Shown here piece by piece: positions 20,962 to 30,547 of a DNA stretch of 34,965 nt. Below the pieces are notes generated by a model, which saw only the letters and a program-made list of their open reading frames with translations, was not told the origin of the DNA and searched no databases. The DNA is from Octopus bimaculoides (taxonomy: Eukaryota): the NCBI RefSeq assembly GCF_001194135.2, contig NC_068990.1:14785817-14820781 (forward strand). The letters run 5' to 3'. Every line of letters begins with the position of its first letter. The first letter of the stretch is position 1. A program made the translations under genes and the position numbers.

Positions 20962-21994
20962 GATAAGGATGTGTAAATATGTGTGTGTGTTCTATATTTT
21001 CTCCGAGAGAAAACTGGTAGTTTCTGTTGGGAATATATTTGTGTGTGAGTGTATGTAATTATTTAGACAAAGGTTCGTGTGACAAGAATATGTGTTAATA
21101 TGTATGTGTACGTTTAAAGGATTTTTTTTTTTATGTATGTATTAATGGAATGGGATGGAAATTGTATAGGAAATGTAAAAAGCATATTTGTCTTGGTTGT
21201 AGATGTGGGTTTAAAGGGCACGGAAAGGGATATGTGTGTATGTTTAAGTATTGTTATGTATAGTAATGTTTTATATATACGTGTGTGTGTGTTTGTAGGT
21301 AGGAGGTTTTGTGTCTCAGTGTACGCGTTTCTTTTTGTGTGGACTTGTCAGCGAGTAAACTTGGTCGTATTTACAGTATTTTGTGGTTGTGCGGATGTGG
21401 GAATATATTGTGTACGTAGCTTTTATATGTAAGAGTTCGGCTCGGTGTATTTGTTGTGTTGTGGCATACAAGTTTCGTCGTAGTATTAGTTGGGTATTAT
21501 AATTGTATTGTTGACCAGTGGCATTGCAAATACAAGAGCAAAGGCAGCGACTGTTCCCCGCGAGTACATTTTTCAAAATTGGCGCCTTTTCAACAATTTC
21601 TTTTAACTTGTAAAAGGTTGATAGTTGCAATAGAGACATTAATCTCTCTCTATCACCTTTCAACAAAAGTATATATTAAGAAACAGTAGAACAATTAACA
21701 ACATAATAAAAATAAGTTTTATTTTTTGATGATGCTTGGTTTTGCAAATCCCGTGTCATTCAGCTTAGCAGCCGTTGATTAACTTGTAATTGGTATTGGA
21801 AGGTTAAGAGCTTCCTTGATGCATGCCAGAGGAGCAAGTAGCTATCACATCGATGGCATCGTGGTGAAGAGTGCTTCGTTGAGGAGCAAGGTGTTGTCAC
21901 GTCGAAGGTGTCGCGCTCAAGAGCAAGACGTTGTTAGATCGAAGACATCGCGCTAAGTCTGTTAGAAAGTGAAAGAAACTCTTTAAGTGCTAGT

Positions 21995-22105
21995 TTTACT
22001 ACACATGCGCACTCGAGGGGCTTCCGGGAAGGCAAGTCCCTTACGCATGCGTAGATTATACTTCCTCAACGGCGGCCATAATTTCGCGCCACTACAAACT
22101 CTTTA
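21995..22105. promoter_or_regulatory. Housekeeping-type promoter motif cluster
   Basis: ACATGCGCA (22003-22011) and palindrome TACGCATGCGTA (22042-22053), NRF1-like; CTTCCGG (22021), ETS-like; GGCGGCCATAATT (22071), YY1-like; ACTACA twice, ZNF143/THAP11-like; CpG-rich. Confidence 0.5.
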
Positions 22106-22140
22106 GTTACCTATATCAGTACTTGTAGGGGTAAAAATCC

Positions 22141-22308
22141 CGCACGATTTTCACTAAGAAAAAAAATCTCCAATGATTCTAGAATGGGGGAGTGGTCCAT
22201 CCCCACCTTTTTCCGAACAAAAATAAGGGGTTTGCAGCACATTAGGAGGTCAAGGTACTTGATTCCACACAAAAAAATAGATTGTTTTTCCTTAGTGAAA
22301 ATCGTGCG
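22141..22308. repeat. 18 bp perfect inverted repeat around a ~130 bp spacer, possible MITE remnant
   Basis: CGCACGATTTTCACTAAG (22141-22158) / CTTAGTGAAAATCGTGCG (22291-22308); no TSD found. Confidence 0.6.
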
Positions 22309-22780
22309 AGTGTACTTACCAAAATTAACCCTTGTGGTTTGCATACATAATGACATTGTTACCGAAACAGGAAATTAATGAATGTAGAATATAATTACGT
22401 ATATTACAACTAATGAAGTATTTCGCGTAATATAAAAGAAATAAATTCAAAAATGTTTGGTATGTGTCACGGTGCCTTTTTTTTTTAATGCGCTCGCTTC
22501 ACCTAACTTTAGAACCTGGTGACGCTTCTGTTTTTAACCAATTGGTTTGTAGTGTGTTTTGACCCTTTGTTTTATATTTTTATACATCCATTGCCACATT
22601 TTGGTCATCCCATTATTTCCTCATTTTCCTTCAAATCCACTCCACTGGATCTTTCCACCCCCCACCCCCAGGGAGGGGGTGACAGTGCCGTCCACTTTGA
22701 GAACTACTAGTCTAGATGAACTCTGCGTCTCCATTGCACACGAAGTGGGAGCTGACGCCTATCAAATCCACTCTCAAGAT

Positions 22781-22860
22781 TTTGATCGGTCTGAGTCTAT
22801 AGACTCAGACCGATTAAAGGTGACACCTTTGACCGATCAAAGGTGACACTGCGTGACACC
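22781..22860. repeat. 30 bp perfect palindrome plus short re-copied segments
   Basis: ATCGGTCTGAGTCTA|TAGACTCAGACCGAT (22785-22814), followed by AAAGGTGACAC twice, GACCGAT again and GTGACAC again. Confidence 0.95.
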
Positions 22861-22862
22861 TA

Positions 22863-22945
22863 GGACATTCGCCCAAGGTGTCACGCAGTAGGACTGAACC
22901 CGGAACCAGGTGGTTGGGAAGAAAACTTCTTACCACACAGCCACA
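22863..22945 (-). mobile_element. SINE family 2, head fragment
   Basis: CCCAAGGTGTCACGCAGTAGGACTGAACCCGGAACC..CTTCTTACCACACAGCC. Confidence 0.85.
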
Positions 22946-22995
22946 GATTATTTATTCGTAATTCTTGCTGTATTAGTAGTCGAGTAAGTACCACA

Positions 22996-23575
22996 GGTGT
23001 TCATAGTGTGTCTTGCCGCCTAAATGCTGGTCGCTTGTCACACCGAGCTAAACCTAATCATTAAGCGGGCCCTGGCTCGGATTAATAGCCTCTCAGTTCT
23101 GGAGCCGTCGGGGTTATCTAGAAATGATGGAAAAAGACCAGATGGTCTTACCCTCTGTCCCTGGGTTAGAGGTAGGTGCCTCATTTGAGACGCCACAGTC
23201 TGCGACTCCTTTGCTCCCTCCCACATCCTAGATGCTGCAGTTAATGGGAGAGTCACTGCTTCCGTAGCCGAACAGAAGAAAACCCTGAAGTATCGGGACC
23301 TGACGGTGAACTATCTCTTCCAGCCTGTGGCGTTTGAGACGTTCGGAGGACTGGGCCACTACTAACCGCGAAGTTCTTGTCAACTTTGGCAGCTCGCCTC
23401 ACCGAGGTGTCATGTGATGCCTGTGAGGGCGCTTGGCTTTNNNNNNNNNNNNNNNNNNNNNNNNNNNNNNNNNNNNNNNNNNNNNNNNNNNNNNNNNNNN
23501 NNNNNNNNNNNNNNNNNTAGCTCGCCATCGCCCGTTGTAATGCTGCGAGAGTGCTGGCTTGCTTTAGTTGGTTCG
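22996..23575 (+). mobile_element. Decayed C-terminal zinc knuckle and restriction-like endonuclease of a CRE-like non-LTR retrotransposon
   Basis: Translation across 2-3 frameshifts: [102 protein letters not shown]. This is a PD-(D/E)xK-type pattern. Not in the ORF track because of the disruptions. Confidence 0.85.
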
Positions 23576-24390
23576 GTTAAACCTTGTGGTGTGTGACCAG
23601 TAGCTGTGATAAAAAATAATTCCCCACAAATGGTTTCAATACAGTTTTAACAGAAAGATTTGGAAGAATTAGATGGAAGTTCTCTGGTAATTTTCTTTAC
23701 ACTACAAGATCTCGCAAAAATTGAAAGCATATACTTAACAATTATTTTGAAGTCTCTGCGGATTGCAAACTGTAGCTTGGGCCCTAATTTGTTTATGTTG
23801 ATTTAAAAATTTGCCAGCAAAATCTTATAAAATGACGATGTTCTAAAAGATGTACATGTTTATACGTTATATATGAAAATAAAAATTTTATAAAACCTGC
23901 TAGAGTATCACTAAAGGTTGCTCGACTTCTTTAGATTAGCATACAAATCTTCCCCAAACATATGTTCAGAAATTAAGGGTAGCTGGATAAGTCAGTCTTG
24001 TTTACATTTTGTCAGGGACAAGCGATGGGGCTAGAACTTCGATGCTGAATGAACTGCCAAAAGCTTGAGCTGATCAACGACGCTCGAGTAGGTCTATTAT
24101 GCATCGCTCAGTGTTTTGGCTCTGTTGAACACCAAGTAATAGTCTGTATACGAAGTCTATTTGTTGATATGGTCTTGGTCTTTGATTTATACGTGTATCT
24201 TAAAATATCACATTAGTTGAATTTGGAAAGCTGTTTTCACGCACGCACGCACACGCACATACACTCCTTGAATTATTCTTAACTAACTAGAAATATCTTT
24301 TAGCTACTTTATTAAAATAACTTTCCAGATGACCTTTCACAGTAATGAATTCAACTATTTATAAATTTTCTTTATGACGTCCATGTATTA

Positions 24391-24435
<45 letters not shown>

Positions 24436-25253
24436 TCATCATAATATATTTGTTATCCTTCAGTGTCGCTACAAATACTCGGCCTCACAAAAGTTGATTA
24501 TTATTCGTAGTTGTCTTACATTGATATCATAACAAAGATACATGGTGCAATCGACTGGCGGGGAGTCATTCACCGATACATTTCAAGCTTACTTTAAGTA
24601 CATTTGTTGTCTCTTCGCTTTGCCTTTTCTGCTGTTATTTCAACGGTCTCTGCTTAACCAAGCTAGCTGGTTATGTAACACTGCCGCTAAAACCGATCCG
24701 ACACTCATCTCTTTCTTCTCTTTAGCCATATTGTTCCTAACCCATTCTCTGCAGAATGTTAATCCTAAGGAATTTCCTTCTCGTCTTACGCTTTTCTTAC
24801 GCTTATCAACTTCAAAAACTTCGAGATAAATAACAACCGCGTCAATCTCACCAATCTACGAGTATTTATGTACGTTACAGGCGCTGTTTCTTTTTCCTCT
24901 CCTCCTTTTGTTAAGGAAAAAAAAAGGGAGTAACCTATTGAGGGGTATATTTTTTTTATCGCTTAGTCAGGGGCAAGAGCAATACTCATATTCATAGCCT
25001 TCGAGAACGGTGGAAGGGGAAAAAATCTACCCTGAGACTAGAGACCTGTCCGGAATGCTTGCAACAGAGTGAACGTCGTCGCAAAAGGCACGTGTTAGCT
25101 TTTAATTAGATTTGTTTTTCGTTTTATCGGAAGAGAAAGGCAGCGCCCATGATTTGTTATAGGGCCTCCGGGGCTAGGGAGAGGGAATAAGGAACTGGAA
25201 GCTTGTAAACAAAATGGAATCTGGGAGCTAGTCAATTACATCGACTCCACTGC

Positions 25254-25254
<1 letters not shown>

Positions 25255-25308
<54 letters not shown>

Positions 25309-25445
25309 TCGTTTTATTGGCCACAAGGGCTAATATCAATTAAAAACATATAAGGACAAAAACAGGACGAAGGTTACAAAAGGTTTTGTCCGAAAAGGTA
25401 GGAAAGTTCGTCTAAACAGAGCAAGAAAACGGAGAAAGATATAAT
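25255..25445 (-). mobile_element. 3' end of an unidentified retroelement, with (ATT)n tail
   Basis: Minus strand GTCCTGTTTTTGTCCTTATATGTT..TAGCCCTTGTGGCCAATAAAA then (ATT)n; matches SINE tail b, but the upstream sequence is not the SINE body. Confidence 0.5.
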
Positions 25446-25494
25446 GAATAAATAGATAAATAAATAAGTAGAAACCCCCGAAGGGGGAGATAAT

Positions 25495-25602
25495 AATAAT
25501 CCTTTTTACTACAGGCACAAGACCTGAAATTTGAGGGAGCGGGTAACGGATTACATCGACCCCAGTATTCAAATGACTGAAACAAGTAAAAGAGTAAAAG
25601 AG
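25495..25602. mobile_element. Fused SINE family 1 3' end (minus) and SINE family 2 3' end (plus)
   Basis: 25495-25569 is the reverse complement of tail c plus GGGGTCGATGTAATC; 25570-25602 is CAAATGACTGAAACAAGTAAAAGAGTAAAAGAG. Confidence 0.8.
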
Positions 25603-26174
25603 CTGTTTTTGATAGAATATCTATCTTCATAGTTTTTTTCCTTAATAGCTTTTTCTAAATAGATGTTCTTCATCGGTATGTTCTCATTGCCGTAGTATAA
25701 TATTCATTTTAATATATAAACACAAGGCTCCATATTTTTTTGCATCAAACTGCAAATATATGGCGTTCATGTCTTTTCTAAAGATATTAATGGAGTGGTT
25801 TAAATTTAGAAAAGAGTAAAAGTTGGATCACTCATAACATTAGCTACACAACAGGAGATAATTTTAAATTGGCCATAATGCCTTGAGGCGTCATAATATC
25901 TTGCAAATCCATGCGGATCGACAGATAGTTATTATTCGTTTCCACCTTCGCATTTTCCACCTTCCTTAATGTACAGCAAAGAAGACTAGCAGTTACTACG
26001 AATGTTCCTGACTGTCTGACATATGTTGCGTTGCCGCATGAACTACTATACAAACTTGTCGATGGGAGTGTTTCATTATCCCTGCCTTGCATTTGCTCCC
26101 GAAAAGCAAGCAGACACTAAACGTAGTCATTGTCTCATTCATCAGACTGTCAGTTCCATACCACTGGCCAGGAC

Positions 26175-26724
26175 GCGAAATGTTTTTTTTTCTCACGAGA
26201 GTTCCGGACCCCAGTTATGAACTCATTTGCATACAGCCATTCAGAGCTCAACTATCAAACTATTTCATGAGCGCATAACAAGTGATGGGCGATAAGGTCG
26301 CTTGAGTAAGGAATGACCATGCCTCTTTTCTCTTCCAATAATGCTTGTTGTTCTTGTTCTTATTTCAACCATGGCTGCCTCTGCGTAGTTATTTGTGTTG
26401 TTGTTTACTTTCTAAAACAGTAAGAGGGGAGGGTTGCTGGCACATCACCCTCTACCCACATTTTCCCCATCCACATTTTTACCATATGGGGCCCTAACAA
26501 AATCCGATAATAGGTTTAGATGCAAATCAATCTAATTATTTGTCTTCTTCTAAAATCAGGCATAACTTGACGATCGGTCGATTTACAACACCGTTCTTCG
26601 TCTTGAATTTACTTGGCAGAGTGTGTTAGTTAACTTCACAACACGGTCAAGGTGAGCTCTGATTGGCTGTATGCAAATGGGTTCATTACTGGGGTCCGGA
26701 ACTCTCGTGGGGAAAGAATTTCGC
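26175..26724. mobile_element. Non-autonomous Mutator-like element, 550 bp
   Basis: TIRs 26175-26250 and 26653-26724 starting GCGAAAT; perfect 9 bp TSD GGCCAGGAC (26166-26174 and 26725-26733). A 7 bp TSD reading is also possible. Confidence 0.8.
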
Positions 26725-26873
26725 GGCCAGGACATCCCTCTAAGACGAGGGCATACAAAACATCCATCTTTTCAAAAGGCAATACATGTGAACTTTCTCC
26801 TTGCTTAGTTTTGGGTAAATCCCTCAGCCATAGGGACAGAGTCCCCCCTGGCACACATCCCTACTAAATTTGC

Positions 26874-27984
26874 GGATCTTGTTCAAAACGGGGGCACCAG
26901 TATTTTCTTAACGAAACACTTTGAAACTTGGGACACTGGTAGAATGTGTCATATAAAACATCTTTTTCTCTTAGTCTTCTTAACAAAAAAACGTACATCG
27001 CAAGTTATTTCATGTTAAAGTTGTATTTCTGTAATTTCAACCAATCACTGACGTCTATTCAGCTGTATATATTAAGTGCTGACTACATAAACAAACGATT
27101 TGATAACATTATTATTTCCTTGTCAAAAAATGGCTGAAGCATATTGGCAGTAGCTAATAAACCTTTCTATTATAGACACAAGGCATGGTTTTTGAGGGNN
27201 NNNNNNNNNNNNNNNNNNNNNNNNNNNNNNNNNNNNNNNNNNNNNNNNNNNNNNNNNNNNNNNNNNNNNNNNNNNNNNNNNNNNNNNNNNNNNNNNNNNN
27301 NNNNNNNNNNNNNNNNNNNNNNNNNNNNNNNNNNNNNNNNNNNNNNNNNNNNNNNNNNNNNNNNNNNNNNNNNNNNNNNNNNNNNNNNNNNNNNNNNNNN
27401 NNNNNNNNNNNNNNNNNNNNNNNNNNNNNNNNNNNNNNNNNNNNNNNNNNNNNNNNNNNNNNNNNNNNNNNNNNNNNNNNNNNNNNNNNNNNNNNNNNNN
27501 NNNNNNNNNNNNNNNNNNNNNNNNNNNNNNNNNNNNNNNNNNNNNNNNNNNNNNNNNNNNNNNNNNNNNNNNNNNNNNNNNNNNNNNNNNNNNNNNNNNN
27601 NNNNNNNNNNNNNNNNNNNNNNNNNNNNNNNNNNNNNNNNNNNNNNNNNNNNNNNNNNNNNNNNNNNNTATATCGGCTGAATGGACGTCAGTGATTGGTT
27701 GAAATTACAGAAATACGACAACTTTAACATGGAATAACTTATGGATTTCTTTTTTTTTAAAGAAGACTAAGAGAAAAAGATGTTTTATATGACACATTCT
27801 ACCAGTGTTCCAAGTTTCAAAGTGTTTCGTTAATGAAAAATGTGGCCCCCATTTTAAAAAAGATCCTTATTTTCTGTTCTATAACACAAAATGGATAAGT
27901 ATACGAAGTTTGAAAGTCTTTCGGTACCAAAAACACTACATAAAACATAAATGAAAACTGGTGCCCCCGTTTTGAACAAGATCC
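26874..27984. mobile_element. Merlin-like MITE containing nested insertions and a gap
   Basis: TIR GGATCTTGTTCAAAACGGGGGCACCAGT at both ends; perfect 8 bp TSD AAATTTGC (26866-26873 and 27985-27992); SINE 1 tail at about 27160-27198; a second family member ends at 27866. Confidence 0.9.
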
Positions 27985-29124
27985 AAATTTGCTTCTTCAA
28001 ATTGACTCTTGTTCATATTCGAAATTTCTTTATTGGCGGCAACATTTGCAAAGCTGCGCGTCGTTGCCGTCGTTATTGTGGTGGCAGCAGTTGTTATTTC
28101 CGTTGTTGTTATTGGTAAGCATGTCGTCAAACTAGCTTTCATTCGTTTATAAAAAGATTTCACAGGAATGATAATTGTTTTTGTTCGTTTTGCCATAGTT
28201 TTGCTCGATTTTGTGTGTGTGTGTGTGTTTTCTGTGCAGCTGTCAAGGTTTATGTCTGAGGGGGGCGTTAAAAAAGAAAGAAGTGTCTAACAATGTTTCT
28301 TTTTCGCCTAATTTGGGCAAAATATCTCACGCAAACAATTCTCACCTTTCTCTGAGAAAGACCTTACGAACTGGCACTGATAAAGTCACCCAATTTTGGA
28401 AAGATAGACAAATAAATAATAAAATGTAATCCAGAAACGAGAGCGTTGAGAAGTGTGCCTTGCTTCGCTATAATTTAACAATAATTATTCTTTTTATCTT
28501 AAATTTCTTTCTCTATCAGCCTCAAGAACCAATAGATTTGTACACACACACACACACACACACAGATTGCCTCATCTTGTAAGATGGTAGCTGTCTCACG
28601 TCAAGTCTGATGGTGCTGGTTTACTTTCATCCTTGCATGTGTTCAGATATCTATCGCCATAAGACTTTATAAAATACAAAACGGATCAAGAAAGGAAATG
28701 ACAGCGAGACATCTGTACGTCGTAGGATTTAAGTGACAAATGCTTGTACAACACTTTTGCCACTCCTTCGGTCCCTAAATTAGGTTCCGTTGACAAGCAT
28801 TGCAAGATGTCAGGTACTGTTTTGATTTCAAGTTTTATATCAGAGTATCTTTCTCCTTGAAGAGTTGTCTTCCTCACGGCTTTGTCAAAAATAACGGGTG
28901 ATCCCTCTGTCCTTTGGAAATGTATTTGACCCATAGATAAGATCCTGACATGTACTACCATTCCGGGTCAGAACGGACCTGGGAGTAACGATATTTAAGA
29001 AGTGACTCCACGCTTCCCACAACTTTAAAACTCAAGAACTGGAACCTCACCCTTAGATGCAGTTTAATGCCATATTCAAGACATACACACATACATACAG
29101 TATTAAAAAAACAACATCATGATA

Positions 29125-29426
29125 TATAACTAGAAATAGGATTATTTCTAAATCTATCAGACAGAGACATACAGTAACATTTCTTTAAAGTAAAATCTAA
29201 TTGCCAACATAATATGGCTGTCCTGTAAGGGACGTTGTTACTGTTTATTAGCACCAAGAAACATCGTCTCTAGTTGGCTAGAAATGATGTTTCTTTGGGC
29301 TAATAAACAGTAACAATGTCCCTTACAGGACTGCCATATTATGTTGGCAATTAAATTTTACTTTAAAGAAATGTTACTGTATGTCTCTCTCTGAGAGATT
29401 TAGAAATAATACTATTTTTATTTATA
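29125..29426. repeat. Fold-back of repeat F, ~149 bp arms and a 4 nt loop
   Basis: 29125-29273 is the reverse complement of 29278-29426 at roughly 90-93% identity by eye; centre CTAG-TTGG-CTAG. Confidence 0.95.
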
Positions 29427-29429
29427 GGT

Positions 29430-29670
29430 CAACAGCTGTGTATCACATTGAAATCTATATGTTCGAACCGTGAATTCAGCAACGCCACCTAGCCAAGTAG
29501 CTACCCTGTGTTGATGAAGAGCAATAACCCTGGAACTAGTCCACAAATGTTGTTTTGTGCTGGGGCGGGGATGCTGAATTCCCTATTCGAAAATATAAGG
29601 ACACAGATAATGGGTCGTATAGCCAGCTAGAAACGATGTTTCATGGCAATTAAATTTTTATATAACGTTA
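29430..29670 (-). repeat. Repeat F, downstream part plus a deleted upstream part
   Basis: Reverse complement aligns with 7065-7150. Confidence 0.75.
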
Positions 29671-30189
29671 CAAAGAAAGATGTATAGGAATGGAGAAAAC
29701 AGTTATGTAAAAACATAGAGATATTTAGAGGCGTTGTACAATGAAAATATATATTTAATATTTTCGTTATGCAAAATGTGTAAAGAGGTAGCTACAGTTG
29801 CTGATACTATGAGCCAATGACTATAAAAATCTAATTAATTTTTCCTTATAAAACGTGTGGTTCTTGCTGTATAATAATTTTTCGATCACTCTTCTCTCTT
29901 CGTTCTGCGTGCAGTTATCATTTATCATTGTAAGGGTGTTACTTCTGTTTTCCGTAGCCATTTTTGTAAATTTATGTCGACAAGCATGACAAAAATCATT
30001 TAGATTTTTTTTTTTTTCATCCAGATTCTCAATGGAAAGAATTCCATATTTTCTGGACACTCCTGTATAAAAACAAAATTTTAAAATATATGGTACGAAG
30101 TTGTACTTGATAAAATCCAGCGCTTTGAAGAGCGATTTCAAAACACGTTTGAACCTGTCAGTAGTCAATGACAACCTTATCTACAATGG

Positions 30190-30316
30190 GGGAAAAGCCT
30201 GGAATTTTTCGTGGGGTGGAGTGGCTAGTTGATTACATCGAACCCAGTGCTTAACTGGGACTTATTTCAAAAGGATGAAAGGCCAAGTCGACTTTGGCGA
30301 CATTTGAACTCAGACT
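30190..30316 (-). mobile_element. SINE family 1, partial
   Basis: GATTACATCGAACCC..AAAGGATGAAAGG..GTCGAC..TTTGAACTCAGA. Confidence 0.8.
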
Positions 30317-30341
30317 AATAATAATAATGATGATGATGATA

Positions 30342-30523
30342 ATAATAATTTCTAATTTTACCACAAGGACAGCCATTTTGGGGTAGGGTATGTGCCGATT
30401 ACATCGACCCCGAAAGAATGAAAGGTAAAGTCGACCTCGGCGGAATTTGAACTCAGAACGTAACGACAGGCGGAATACCACTAAGCATTTTGTCCGGCGC
30501 GCTAACGATTCTGCCAGCTCGTC
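30342..30523 (-). mobile_element. SINE family 1 with an internal deletion
   Basis: Head intact (GACGAGCTGGCAGAATCGTTAGCGCGCCGGAC on minus); the two GGGGTCGAT repeats are collapsed to one at about 30403-30411. Confidence 0.9.
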
Positions 30524-30547
30524 ATCTCTCTTTCTCACACACATGCC

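Noticed and set aside
1280-27730. Long ORFs of 128-315 aa containing X runs
   Set aside because: They are open only because N-gaps contain no stop codons.
28955-29090. Sequence I recall as a cephalopod dispersed repeat
   Set aside because: Single copy in this window with no structural hallmarks; cannot be supported from the sequence alone.
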